In this document: positions 19,805 to 29,338 of the stretch, piece by piece
Numbering within the stretch: position 1 is the first letter of the stretch
How the letters are laid out: each line of letters starts with the position of its first letter
IMG/VR virus record: IMGVR_UViG_3300028654_000014
Location: 1-64,000 of that record
DNA: 64,000 nt
Strand: one strand, 5' to 3'
Source of the DNA: a virus
Notes under the pieces: model-generated
What the model was told of the DNA's origin: nothing
Database searches by the model: none
Seen by the model: the letters and a program-made list of their open reading frames with translations, nothing else
Program-made: the position numbers and the translations under genes

Positions 19805-20330
19805 TTTAATTGGTAAAAGATTTGGAAGATGGTTAGTTTTAGAAATTTCAAACATGGGAAAAAATCCTAGAGTAAAAGTAATATGTGATTGTGGTACAGA
19901 AAAAATTATATTAAGTAAAACTTTAGTAGCTAAAAAAGCTAAAAGTACATCATGTGGATGTTATCAAAGAGAAAGAGTAAAAGAATGTTTAGGAAAACCA
20001 AATGATGTATCAGCTTTAAATCAATATTATTCAATTTATAAAACTTCAGCAAAACAAAGAAATCATAATTTTAATCTTACTAAATATGAATTCAAACAAT
20101 TTATTTTTGAAAAATGTTATTATTGTGAAAAAAATCCAGAACCTAGACTTATACATTCTAGAGGATTACTTTTAAATGTAAATGGAATAGATAGAGTTGA
20201 TAATTCTAAAGGTTATTCTATTGAAAATTGTGTAACTTGTTGTAAAGATTGTAATAATAAAAAATCAGATATAACTAAAAATATTATAATAAAAGCTTAT
20301 AATTTTCTAATGGGGGATAATAATGCATAA
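19788..20330 (+). CDS. HNH-type homing endonuclease inserted between the polymerase halves
   Basis: GKRFGRW.V...CDCG...SCGC; CYYC...NGIDRVDNSKGYSIENCVTCC..CN. Confidence 0.85.
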   Translation: MTKTVDLIGKRFGRWLVLEISNMGKNPRVKVICDCGTEKIILSKTLVAKKAKSTSCGCYQRERVKECLGKPNDVSALNQYYSIYKTSAKQRNHNFNLTKYEFKQFIFEKCYYCEKNPEPRLIHSRGLLLNVNGIDRVDNSKGYSIENCVTCCKDCNNKKSDITKNIIIKAYNFLMGDNNA

Positions 20331-20991
20331 TTTTAAGCTTGTAAACGCTGATACAGACAGTATTTCCTTTTCCAAGGGTGATGAGTCATTTATTGAAAAA
20401 AGTGAGCGTATAAGCCTTTTAAACGAGATTAATGACCTATTTCCTGAGAAGATCAAGTTCGAAGATGATGGATTCTATAAAACGATTATATGCCTGATGG
20501 CAAAGAATTATGTAATGGAAAAGGAAGATGGTACAGTAATTTATAAAGGTTCTGCTTTAAAAGATGCTAAAAAGGAACCAGCCCTTTATCAATTTATGAA
20601 AGATATAATAGGTTCAATTTTAAACAATAAAAACAACTATTTAGAGATTTATAATCAATATGTTAAAGAAATTAAGGATGTGAAGGATATAAAACGCTGG
20701 GCATCAAAAAAGACCATTACCAAAGCTGTTTTAAAAGCTGAAAGAACCAATGAAAAGAATATACTTGCAGCAATTTCTGAAATCGAGTATAATGAAGGTG
20801 ATAAAATTTCATTGTATTATGATGAGGAAGATGTTTTGAAATTAGCTGATAATTTTGATGGAAAATATTCAAAGACAAGACTTCTGCAAAAATTGTACAA
20901 AACAAGTGAAACTTTTGAATCGATTATTCCAAAGGAAACTTTTATGAACTATTCTTTGAAGAGAAATCAAAAGATATTGGAAGTTTTATGA
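20323..20991 (+). CDS. family B DNA polymerase, C-terminal part (motif C)
   Basis: VNADTDSI, KNY, YKG; GGGGGA SD before ATG. Confidence 0.85.
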   Translation: MHNFKLVNADTDSISFSKGDESFIEKSERISLLNEINDLFPEKIKFEDDGFYKTIICLMAKNYVMEKEDGTVIYKGSALKDAKKEPALYQFMKDIIGSILNNKNNYLEIYNQYVKEIKDVKDIKRWASKKTITKAVLKAERTNEKNILAAISEIEYNEGDKISLYYDEEDVLKLADNFDGKYSKTRLLQKLYKTSETFESIIPKETFMNYSLKRNQKILEVL

Positions 20992-21158
20992 TAAAAAAGA
21001 AACACACATTATACTATATGGTAGAATCATTCTTATATAATAGTGATTTTTTTGTAAATTATGATGATGGTGGATTTTTCTTACCCATTTCTGAAGATGA
21101 TGATCTTATTAAAATTGATCTAGATGAAAATGATGTAAAAATATTGGAATATAAATGA
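20988..21158 (+). CDS. tagged micro-ORF MIKKKHTLYY...DVKILEYK
   Basis: Hand-translated. Confidence 0.75.
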   Translation: MIKKKHTLYYMVESFLYNSDFFVNYDDGGFFLPISEDDDLIKIDLDENDVKILEYK

Positions 21159-21349
21159 AAAAGAAGAAATGGACTTTAATTTATGATAATAGACCTTCGG
21201 AATTATTAGTAGCTGTTGGAATTAAACCTTCTGCTGATAGTTTATTTATTTCATATAGTTATAATGAAACAATATTTTTTGATGATGGATTATTAAAAAT
21301 GAAACTTGGTAAATTAAAATCTGATGTTAAAATATTGGAATATAAATGA
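21155..21349 (+). CDS. tagged micro-ORF MKKKKWTLIY...DVKILEYK
   Basis: ORF track. Confidence 0.75.
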   Translation: MKKKKWTLIYDNRPSELLVAVGIKPSADSLFISYSYNETIFFDDGLLKMKLGKLKSDVKILEYK

Positions 21350-21474
21350 TGGTATTATTTTATTATCCAAGATTATGGTTTGGAGATTTTCCAGTAGTTA
21401 ATTATTGGCCAAAAGATTTATATTTAAAAACTGAAATATTAGCAGGTGAATTTATTATTTGTGAGTATGAATGA
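21346..21474 (+). CDS. tagged micro-ORF MMVLFYY...IICEYE
   Basis: Hand-translated. Confidence 0.75.
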   Translation: MMVLFYYPRLWFGDFPVVNYWPKDLYLKTEILAGEFIICEYE

Positions 21475-21611
21475 TTTTATATAGTTGGTATTCAAAATCT
21501 TTTAATAAATGGTTCATACAAGATCCAATGATGAAATTATATTTCTATAAATATATAATTGAAAAAGAAACAGATTGGATAGATAGAAAAATAATATTGG
21601 AATATGAATGA
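21471..21611 (+). CDS. tagged micro-ORF MILYSWY...IILEYE
   Basis: Hand-translated. Confidence 0.75.
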   Translation: MILYSWYSKSFNKWFIQDPMMKLYFYKYIIEKETDWIDRKIILEYE

Positions 21612-22537
21612 TTAAAGAAATAGTTAATATTTTAATAGCAGAGGGAGGCATGGGAGATTTAATTTGTTCATTAGTATCAGTAAATTACAATATAACTCAT
21701 TTCCCAGACATTCAATTTCTTGTATGGGTTCCAAATTATTTATTAGATTTTGCAAAACATGTATTACCAAGAGGAACTTCTATTAGAAATTTTACAGAAG
21801 CTCAAGATAAATATAATCCAAATTTACCAGGAGTTTCAACAAAATGGTCATCATTCCATACTCCAATGAGAACTCATCCTGTAGATTATTCATTTCATAT
21901 GTTAAGCGATAAACATATTTATAATATGAATGAAAAGAACTATTTACAAATAAATCCTGAAAAGATTAATATAAAGAGATTTTCATTGCCAGAAAAATAT
22001 GTAGTAATTTGTTCAGCAGCGGCAGAAAAAGTTAAAGAAATGCCCATAAGTACAATGAATGATTTAATTGAATATATTATTAATAAAGAATATACACCAG
22101 TATTTTTAGGTAAAACTCTTGTAGAAACAGGAGTTAAAGGAATAGATATTAAAGCTAATCCTTTAAATATTGATTATAGTAAAGGGATTAATTTATTAGA
22201 TAAAACAAGTTTATTAGAAGCGGCAAAAATAATGAGTGAAGCAAAATGTGTAATAGGAATGGATGGAGGATTAATTCATTTAGCAGGATGTACAGATGTT
22301 ACAATAATTGCAGCTTATACTTTAGCCAGCCCCGAACATTTAGCTCCAATAAGAAATGGATCACAATCTTATAAATTCTTTCCAATAGAACCAGATCTAA
22401 ACATTCCAAATAGATATTATCAAACCAATAATAATTTTAATTATAATGTTGATTATAGAACATTTCCAGGATGGGAAAAAGTTGTAGAAAATATTACAAG
22501 TGATAAATTTGTAAAAGTATTGGAAGAGATTTTATGA
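21608..22537 (+). CDS. GT9-like (heptosyltransferase-like) glycosyltransferase
   Basis: GGMGDLI, INLLDKTSLLEAAKIM, IGMDGGLIHLA motifs. Confidence 0.8.
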   Translation: MIKEIVNILIAEGGMGDLICSLVSVNYNITHFPDIQFLVWVPNYLLDFAKHVLPRGTSIRNFTEAQDKYNPNLPGVSTKWSSFHTPMRTHPVDYSFHMLSDKHIYNMNEKNYLQINPEKINIKRFSLPEKYVVICSAAAEKVKEMPISTMNDLIEYIINKEYTPVFLGKTLVETGVKGIDIKANPLNIDYSKGINLLDKTSLLEAAKIMSEAKCVIGMDGGLIHLAGCTDVTIIAAYTLASPEHLAPIRNGSQSYKFFPIEPDLNIPNRYYQTNNNFNYNVDYRTFPGWEKVVENITSDKFVKVLEEIL

Positions 22538-22656
22538 CCTTTTTATATTATATAAATGATGAATTATCTGAAAATCTAACTTCTAATGAGAATTTTTTTA
22601 TTAATGATATAATTTATAAAGATAATAAGATTATTAAAATATTGGAATACACATGA
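22534..22656 (+). CDS. tagged micro-ORF MTFLYY...KILEYT
   Basis: Hand-translated. Confidence 0.7.
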   Translation: MTFLYYINDELSENLTSNENFFINDIIYKDNKIIKILEYT

Positions 22657-22790
22657 ATTATTTATATATTGTTAAAGTTGATAATAAAAGAAATTCATTA
22701 AAAGATGCAATTTTTCAATATTTTACTAAAGAACAATATAAATTTTGTAAATTTTATCCTGAAGATACTTTCATATTGGAATATGAATGA
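22653..22790 (+). CDS. tagged micro-ORF MNYLYIV...FILEYE
   Basis: Hand-translated. Confidence 0.75.
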   Translation: MNYLYIVKVDNKRNSLKDAIFQYFTKEQYKFCKFYPEDTFILEYE

Positions 22791-22990
22791 TATTTTATTG
22801 GATTACAATTGTAATATTAATTTTAATAGGAATAAGTGCAATAATACTTATAATAGATAATTTTGTAATTAATAGAAAAACTTATCTTGTATGGAATCAT
22901 AAAAAGATGTCTTTAAGATATACACCTCCAGTAGAATGTGGCAAATATCAAATAAAAAGAGAAGAACAAATAATAATGAGTTACAAATGA
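22787..22990 (+). CDS. tagged micro-ORF with N-terminal TM helix (ends IIMSYK)
   Basis: ORF track. Confidence 0.7.
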   Translation: MIFYWITIVILILIGISAIILIIDNFVINRKTYLVWNHKKMSLRYTPPVECGKYQIKREEQIIMSYK

Positions 22991-23616
22991 AAACAGCAAT
23001 ATTTACAACTACTTATCTAGTCCCCCAAGAAAGATTTGATAAAACTGTCAAATTTCTTGATTATTATTCAAGAAAAACTAATTATGATATATACGTTTTA
23101 GATAATAATTCTCCATTAGAAAAAGCAATTGAATTACAACTATTATTTCCTCAAATCAAAATTATAAGATATGATGAACATTTTGATAGACCAAGCCATT
23201 TAGATTATAAATATCTTTGGAGAGCAGTTTTTGATCTTCAAAACTATTTTAATGAATATGAAAAGATAATTTATATGGATAATGACTTTTATATACTTTC
23301 TGATAAAATGTTCAATTATATCAATGATTTAAAAGATTCATGGACCACTTTTTGGTGTAAAATGCATCAATTTCCAGAAACAGGATGCCATATAATTCTT
23401 AAAAATGATCCTAACTATACTAACTTTATTAAAGATTTAACTTTACAAAATTTTATAAACCTGTATAATAATAGTTGTATGGAAAATACTTTGCCCGTTT
23501 CAAAAATTGAGAAATCATTCAATGGTGATAGATTTGGGGAATTAAAAGATCCTCCAAAATTAGATGGATTGGATTTTTGGGCGCAAGCGAAATTGGAGGA
23601 TAGGATTGAACTTTAA
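22987..23616 (+). CDS. GT-A fold glycosyltransferase-like protein
   Basis: IYVLDNNS and YMDNDF (DxD); ATG 22987 by ATGA coupling. Confidence 0.65.
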   Translation: MKTAIFTTTYLVPQERFDKTVKFLDYYSRKTNYDIYVLDNNSPLEKAIELQLLFPQIKIIRYDEHFDRPSHLDYKYLWRAVFDLQNYFNEYEKIIYMDNDFYILSDKMFNYINDLKDSWTTFWCKMHQFPETGCHIILKNDPNYTNFIKDLTLQNFINLYNNSCMENTLPVSKIEKSFNGDRFGELKDPPKLDGLDFWAQAKLEDRIEL

Positions 23617-23746
23617 TATTCTAGCTTATAGATTAAATCAACCTATTCATGGTAATATTCATGATCCTTTTTATTGGATTCCAACAGTTTATTCAGGATA
23701 TGTAGAAATATTTAGATTAGTTGAATTTAGAGAATATAATGACTAA
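23606..23746 (+). CDS. micro-ORF (degenerate tag FREYND)
   Basis: TTG 23606 after GGAGG. Confidence 0.55.
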   Translation: MNFNILAYRLNQPIHGNIHDPFYWIPTVYSGYVEIFRLVEFREYND

Positions 23747-23897
23747 ATTATGGTATAATACAAGAAAAGTATGGAAACATATGCCATTCTCTTCAACAAG
23801 GAAAAATTATACTATACATTTCACAGGTAAGAAAAATATTATATCTGATAGAGAAATAATATATGAAGATGATATTTTAATAATGGAATATAAATGA
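23739..23897 (+). CDS. tagged micro-ORF MTKLWY...LIMEYK
   Basis: Hand-translated. Confidence 0.75.
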   Translation: MTKLWYNTRKVWKHMPFSSTRKNYTIHFTGKKNIISDREIIYEDDILIMEYK

Positions 23898-24010
23898 TAT
23901 TAGTTTATTGGAGCGAAATATATGCAGATCCATTTAAATTATATCCAATAGAATATTATTGTAATATACCAGTTAGTAAAGTTCATATAAAAGTAATGGA
24001 GTATAAATGA
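23894..24010 (+). CDS. tagged micro-ORF MILVYW...KVMEYK
   Basis: Hand-translated. Confidence 0.75.
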   Translation: MILVYWSEIYADPFKLYPIEYYCNIPVSKVHIKVMEYK

Positions 24011-24621
24011 TTTGTATCATACCTTGTGCCGGATTTGGAAAACGAATGGGAATGAAAAAGAACCAATCCAAAGAAATGCTCCCAGATACTGATTTTAAAA
24101 ATGATCATATAATTGATTATAGTATAAATATTTGTAGAACATTAGAAATTGAACCAATAGTAGTTACAAGAAAAGAGAAGAAAGATTTAATTAATTATTT
24201 AAAAGAAAAGAAAGTTAAATACATCATTTTTAATCCAAATGAACATAATGAATGGTATGATTCAGTTTTAGCTTCACAAGCTCATTGGGATGAAGATAAT
24301 TTATTAATTCTACCAGATACAAGATTCTTACCAATATTTCCAACTATTTCTGATATTAAAAAAGGATTGGAATTGGGAAATGAAGCAGTATTTGCAGTTC
24401 ACAAAGTTAATGACCCACAAAATTGGGGAATAATTAAAGATTATTCTTTATTTGAAAAACCTGAAAATATGGAAGGTCCTCAAAGAGCTTGGGGATTAAT
24501 AGGTTTTAAAAAATCTTATGGATTTAATTTATTTAGTCGAATGAAGATGAAAAATCAAGAATTAGAACATGCAGGATTTGTATATTTAAATAGCTTTTTG
24601 GATATTACAAGAGGTAAATAA
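24007..24621 (+). CDS. sugar-phosphate nucleotidyltransferase (NTP_transferase-like)
   Basis: IIPCAGFGKRM...KEMLP, LPD, WGII, EKP. Confidence 0.8.
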   Translation: MICIIPCAGFGKRMGMKKNQSKEMLPDTDFKNDHIIDYSINICRTLEIEPIVVTRKEKKDLINYLKEKKVKYIIFNPNEHNEWYDSVLASQAHWDEDNLLILPDTRFLPIFPTISDIKKGLELGNEAVFAVHKVNDPQNWGIIKDYSLFEKPENMEGPQRAWGLIGFKKSYGFNLFSRMKMKNQELEHAGFVYLNSFLDITRGK

Positions 24622-25592
24622 TGGGAGTTTTTAAAGTAAAAAAGATTACCAATATTAATGATGTAAAAGTCAATGATGAACTTCCTGAATCAGATTTCGC
24701 ATCAATGACCAGTGAAGGAAATTTCGTACAACTTGAATATATTGATGATGAACATACAAAAGAACCTTATAAAGTCAAGCCAGGAATTTGGGCAGTACAA
24801 AAAGTAGGTATGAGTTTAAAATTAGAAGCTACAAGCTTTGTAAGTGATAAAATATTAGATTCATTTGTAAGTACAAAGAATATTACTGATAAAATTGATT
24901 GCTTTTTCAATAAAATTCCAGTTTATAAGGAATTGGGATTTGAAGTGGCGAAAAGAGCAGCTTTATTATATGGTCCCGCAGGATGTGGAAAATCGACCAG
25001 CCTTGCATTAGTAGCAAACAAATATACAGCAGATAATAAAACAGCAGTCATAATATGGCATACAGATAAATTTGAGTCATACCAAATTAAGGATTTTATC
25101 AAATCTTTTGAATATGATGGAGTTGAAAAGCTCATTTTGATTATAGAGGATGTTGGAGGAGCAGAAATTGAAGGTGCTCGAATGAAATCTGACAGTTCCC
25201 TACTTTCATTATTAGATAATCAAGAAAAAACCTTTAAGATTCCAGTATTTATACTCGCAACAACAAATTATCCTGAAAATTTCATGGGCAATCTTACAAA
25301 CCGTCCTAATCGATTTGACGATAAAATAGAAGTATCCTATCCAGAAGCAAAACAAAGAGAAGAATTATTATCATTCTTTTTAAAAGAAAGTCCTTCACAA
25401 GAAGCAAAAGATCTGATATTATCTAATAAGACAAAGGAATTTTCAGCGGCTCATATAAGAGAGATAGTGATAAGGTCAAAAATATATGATAAATCAATTG
25501 AAGCTGTCATTACAGAAATGCACAAAGAGATTGAGAAGTATAAGAAAGCCTTTGCAGAAGAACGAAAAATGGGATTCGAAATTGATGATTAA
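24621..25592 (+). CDS. AAA+ ATPase
   Basis: GPAGCGKS, ILIIED, ATTN, NRPNRFD. Confidence 0.9.
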   Translation: MGVFKVKKITNINDVKVNDELPESDFASMTSEGNFVQLEYIDDEHTKEPYKVKPGIWAVQKVGMSLKLEATSFVSDKILDSFVSTKNITDKIDCFFNKIPVYKELGFEVAKRAALLYGPAGCGKSTSLALVANKYTADNKTAVIIWHTDKFESYQIKDFIKSFEYDGVEKLILIIEDVGGAEIEGARMKSDSSLLSLLDNQEKTFKIPVFILATTNYPENFMGNLTNRPNRFDDKIEVSYPEAKQREELLSFFLKESPSQEAKDLILSNKTKEFSAAHIREIVIRSKIYDKSIEAVITEMHKEIEKYKKAFAEERKMGFEIDD

Positions 25593-25689
25593 TGGATATT
25601 ATTGTTTTGATAGTGAACAATTTCATTATTTTCAATCACATTCTTCTTGCAAATCTTGTAATTTTGTATTAGAATATATAAATGATTAA
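25585..25689 (+). CDS. micro-ORF MINGYY...FVLEYIND containing a promoter
   Basis: Hand-translated; TTGCAA-17-TAGAAT at 25647-25675. Confidence 0.5.
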   Translation: MINGYYCFDSEQFHYFQSHSSCKSCNFVLEYIND

Positions 25690-25710
25690 CTAAACAAAAG
25701 GGAGAAATAG

Positions 25711-26775
25711 ATGAAGCCAGGAAATATTAAAGATGTAATGGATTTAGCAAAAAGAGCACGAGAAAGAGGTCATAGATTTAATCCATGTTTTGTAAGTCCT
25801 CCAGGAGTTGGAAAATCAGAAATCGTTCAACAATGGTGTAAAGAAAATGGTTACGATTTTATTGATATTAGATTAGCTTATAAAGAAGCTCCTGATATGA
25901 TCGGATTTCCACAACCAAGAGAAGTTACCGATAAAAATGGTACAGTAAGACAAGTTTGTTTATATTTTACCCCAGAAATTTGGCCAACAGAAGGTAAGGG
26001 AGTTATTTTCTTAGATGAAATTAACCGAGGTACAACTTCTGTTATGAATACTTGTATGCAACTTTTGACTGATAGAAAGATTGAAAAATACTCACTTCCT
26101 GAAGGATGGATAATTGCTGCCGCGATAAATCCTGAAAATGAACACAATGATGTAAATACAATGGATACAGCTTTAAAAGATCGTTTAGAAATCTTTGAAG
26201 TAAATTATGATAAGAAAACATTTGTATCCTTTATGAAAGATTCAAGCTGGGATAAAAATATCGTTATGTTTGTAGAATCAAATATGTGGTCATATTCCAA
26301 ACCAGAAGATGTTGGAGAAACAGCGGGAAATAAATATCTATCCCCAAGAACTTTAAGCAAATTAAATGCAGCTTTAAAATCTGATATTCCAAAAGATATG
26401 GAATTAGATTTCTATGAAGGAATTTTGGGTAAAAATGTCGGGAGAGCATTTTTCCAATTTATGAATGATGAACAACCAGTACTTTACAAAGATATTGTAA
26501 AGAATCCAGCTAAAGCATTTGAGAAGCTTAAAAGATTCAGTGATCCTGCAAAATACATGGCTGGACACATTTCTTTAACAATCAAAGATATTGTTGAAAA
26601 TCATGATATTGATGATGAATTGTTAGTAAAAGTAATTTTAAACATTCCAGCTGATAGTGGACCATCACTTGTAAGTGAATTGGAATTTAAAAGAAAAGAT
26701 CCAACTCTCTTAGATCGTTTGTTAAAAAATTATCCTGCTGTAAAGAAATACTTTAAGGATGTTTTGAATAAATAA
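25711..26775 (+). CDS. MoxR-like AAA+ ATPase
   Basis: PPGVGKS, IFLDEINR, AAINP, MDTALKDR, SPRT. Confidence 0.85.
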   Translation: MKPGNIKDVMDLAKRARERGHRFNPCFVSPPGVGKSEIVQQWCKENGYDFIDIRLAYKEAPDMIGFPQPREVTDKNGTVRQVCLYFTPEIWPTEGKGVIFLDEINRGTTSVMNTCMQLLTDRKIEKYSLPEGWIIAAAINPENEHNDVNTMDTALKDRLEIFEVNYDKKTFVSFMKDSSWDKNIVMFVESNMWSYSKPEDVGETAGNKYLSPRTLSKLNAALKSDIPKDMELDFYEGILGKNVGRAFFQFMNDEQPVLYKDIVKNPAKAFEKLKRFSDPAKYMAGHISLTIKDIVENHDIDDELLVKVILNIPADSGPSLVSELEFKRKDPTLLDRLLKNYPAVKKYFKDVLNK

Positions 26776-26819
26776 TGATTTTCATAGTGTATTTAAATAC
26801 GAGAGGGAGATTTTAAGAT

Positions 26820-28121
26820 ATGACTAAAACAGAGGAACTTTTACAGTCATGTATTTATAAGATAGTAAGGGATAATGCTTTTATTGGTGGTTTGTTACAA
26901 GAATTAACTTTTAAATTTAGTAATGAAGTACCAACAGCTGCGATTGGTTTTGATAAAAAGACCCAAAAGTATGAATTATACTTCAATCTTGACTTTTTTC
27001 AGAAAATGGAGAAGGAACAAAGAATTGCAGTATTAATGCATGAAATCCTTCATTTTCTTCATAAACATCTATTTCGATGGATGCAAATGAAAGTTGATGA
27101 AAAGGACCGATTTTTATGGAACATTGCAGCAGACATGGCCATAAACCAATACATTGAAAACCTCCCAAAAGGCTCTATAAGCATAGATAATTACAAAGAT
27201 GCTAAAGGACAGCCTTTTCCAAAATTCCAGCCCATGGAAGCCTATTACGATCTAATACAACAGAATAGAGAAGGAGATAAGACCAAAGGACAGGATTTAA
27301 AAGATCCTAATGGTGAACCTTCAAAAGATAAGAACGGAAATTCTATTGTTGATCCTAATGGAAAGCCTTATGATTCCAAAGGAACGGGCAATGAGGGATC
27401 AAATAAGGAAGAATTGGACAAATATACAGCAATGGATGAGCATAAATGGGAAGATCTTTCAGATGAAGAAAAAGAAAGAATGGCTAGAGAAGCTGAAAAG
27501 CTTATTAAACGAACCATTGAAAAAACAGCTTATAGTCATTCAAATATTCCAGGATATGTTGAAGATTTCTTAAAAGATTTAAGTGCATATTTAAGGAAAT
27601 TGAATTATAAAGCTATTTTAAGAAATGCAATAAAGAAAACAGTAATGAGTCAAGATAGAGAAAATTCATGGAAGAAACCTAATAAAAGATTTGGAGAAGT
27701 AGCCCCTGGAACTTCTTTAAGTAGAACTCCAAGAATTAATATGTATGTTGATACTTCAGGATCAATTTCTTATCAAGAACTTACAGAATTTTTAAGTATT
27801 ATTGATGGATTTTTAAAAGCCGGAAATAAAGATTGTAGATTAGTTTTATGGCATACAAATCCTTATTATAATAAGAAATATAAACTTAATAGTAAATTAG
27901 ATTCAAAAGTAGTTCAAGCAGGAGGAACAGATCCTCAACCTACTTTAGAATTGATTCAAAAAACTAGCCCCGATCTTTCTATTATTCTAACAGATGGATT
28001 TTATGATAAATCTAATATTAAATTACATAGTGATGTAATATGGATTATTAGTAAAACTGGAAATAAAGATCATCCAAATTCTCATATTGGGAAAACGATT
28101 CTTTTAGAAGGAATTAAGTGA
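26820..28121 (+). CDS. HExxH metallopeptidase-like + vWA domain protein (DUF2201-like)
   Basis: HEILH, NIAADMAIN; DTSGS MIDAS, GGT, LTDG. Confidence 0.85.
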   Translation: MTKTEELLQSCIYKIVRDNAFIGGLLQELTFKFSNEVPTAAIGFDKKTQKYELYFNLDFFQKMEKEQRIAVLMHEILHFLHKHLFRWMQMKVDEKDRFLWNIAADMAINQYIENLPKGSISIDNYKDAKGQPFPKFQPMEAYYDLIQQNREGDKTKGQDLKDPNGEPSKDKNGNSIVDPNGKPYDSKGTGNEGSNKEELDKYTAMDEHKWEDLSDEEKERMAREAEKLIKRTIEKTAYSHSNIPGYVEDFLKDLSAYLRKLNYKAILRNAIKKTVMSQDRENSWKKPNKRFGEVAPGTSLSRTPRINMYVDTSGSISYQELTEFLSIIDGFLKAGNKDCRLVLWHTNPYYNKKYKLNSKLDSKVVQAGGTDPQPTLELIQKTSPDLSIILTDGFYDKSNIKLHSDVIWIISKTGNKDHPNSHIGKTILLEGIK

Positions 28122-28216
28122 AAAAAAGTTTAATATGGATTCCTAAATTAGGAATTAGAAGATGTATAAGAGGTGATATGTTTAAATACGAAACTCTTAT
28201 ATTGGATTATGAATGA
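28118..28216 (+). CDS. tagged micro-ORF MKKSLIW...ETLILDYE
   Basis: Hand-translated, GTG start. Confidence 0.7.
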   Translation: MKKSLIWIPKLGIRRCIRGDMFKYETLILDYE

Positions 28217-28308
28217 AAAATTTAATTTGGTTGAATAATTTAAAATGTTTTATTTGGATTAAAAGAATAGGTGGTACACATGAAACTTTTATATTGGAAT
28301 ATAAATGA
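28213..28308 (+). CDS. tagged micro-ORF MKNLIW...ETFILEYK
   Basis: Hand-translated. Confidence 0.7.
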   Translation: MKNLIWLNNLKCFIWIKRIGGTHETFILEYK

Positions 28309-28631
28309 TAGTAATTTTAAAAGATGAAGTAGTAGGAAAATCTTTACGTATTCCCATAATGATTGGAATTTCGGTATCAGTAAAATTTACATTAACTTCA
28401 ATAGCTAACTCTCAAATTATTGATTGTGAATTTTTAAGAGGAAAAGAATATAAAGCAAAATTAAAAAAAGATCCATTAATAGGAGATGAATTTTATTTTA
28501 TAAAACCAGAAAATTCTTCTAAAATATTTAAATTTGATAAATATGTTATTGATAAACACTTTTATATTAAAACAGAAAAACAAATACATCAAGAGAAATT
28601 TGATAAGAAAATGGATAAGATACTGAAATGA
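28305..28631 (+). CDS. hypothetical protein with FxxKMD C-terminal tag
   Basis: ends QIHQEKFDKKMDKILK. Confidence 0.7.
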   Translation: MIVILKDEVVGKSLRIPIMIGISVSVKFTLTSIANSQIIDCEFLRGKEYKAKLKKDPLIGDEFYFIKPENSSKIFKFDKYVIDKHFYIKTEKQIHQEKFDKKMDKILK

Positions 28632-28825
28632 TTCAATTATATTATATAGATAATACATGGTATGAAAATACTTACGAATTCATTGATTTTTCTAATGGTA
28701 GGAATTTATTGAACAAAAGTAAAAAAGAGATGTCCAGATTTGTTTATAAAGATTATAACGATACTGTTAGAGTTAATAGTGATTATATGTATAAATTAAA
28801 GCTTATTTTTGAAATTAGTGCTTGA
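28628..28825 (+). CDS. micro-ORF MIQLYY...LIFEISA (degenerate family member)
   Basis: ORF track. Confidence 0.6.
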   Translation: MIQLYYIDNTWYENTYEFIDFSNGRNLLNKSKKEMSRFVYKDYNDTVRVNSDYMYKLKLIFEISA

Positions 28826-28850
28826 TTTTTGATTAAAGATTTGATATAAT
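28822..28850 (+). promoter_or_regulatory. sigma70-type promoter
   Basis: TTGATT-17-TATAAT with extended -10. Confidence 0.65.
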
Positions 28851-28879
28851 GAATATTATTAACTAATAAGGAGATAATA

Positions 28880-29179
28880 ATGGAAACAGTAACATTTCAC
28901 GATTCAAAGAATAATATCACTTTTACGATTAAGAGTGAATTTGTAGAAACTTGTCCCGAATTTAAAACCACTCCCACGAAAGAATTAGTAGAAAAGCACA
29001 ATATCTTTAAATTCTTTCACAATCCTAATGGTCCATCAGTAACTGACCATAAAACCAACACTATTACATATTTTTTAAATGGTCATTTGGTTGAAGGTGA
29101 AGAATTGGAAAAGATTAAACATCGTGAACAATTCAATGGTAAAATGGATAAAGTTTTAGCAGATGAATCAGCTTCATAA
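28880..29179 (+). CDS. hypothetical protein (paralog of 2076..2354) with FxxKMD tag
   Basis: AAGGAG SD; ends HREQFNGKMDKVLADESAS. Confidence 0.75.
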   Translation: METVTFHDSKNNITFTIKSEFVETCPEFKTTPTKELVEKHNIFKFFHNPNGPSVTDHKTNTITYFLNGHLVEGEELEKIKHREQFNGKMDKVLADESAS

Positions 29180-29182
29180 AAT

Positions 29183-29338
29183 ATGAATAGATTATTTATT
29201 GTAAATGAACCATTAACTTATAAATGGCATTTAGAAAATAATCATGGAGTTCATTATTTCAGTAATGATAAAGTATTAGTTAAGTATGCTGTAGTTATTG
29301 ATTATAGTAAAGGAATATATATTTGTATTTATGATTGA
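29183..29338 (+). CDS. tagged micro-ORF MNRLFIV...YICIYD
   Basis: Hand-translated; coupled to hypothetical 29331..29552. Confidence 0.7.
   Translation: MNRLFIVNEPLTYKWHLENNHGVHYFSNDKVLVKYAVVIDYSKGIYICIYD

Noticed and set aside
19788-20330. Group I intron or intein in the polymerase
   Set aside because: The HNH ORF overlaps both halves with no flanking non-coding RNA core, and the N-terminal half ends in a stop codon, which rules out an in-frame intein.
20988-21611. Arrays as one frameshifted or stop-recoded polyprotein
   Set aside because: Overlaps of 8, 4 and 1 nt imply inconsistent frame changes; TAA, TGA and TAG all terminate units; long genes translate normally with code 11.
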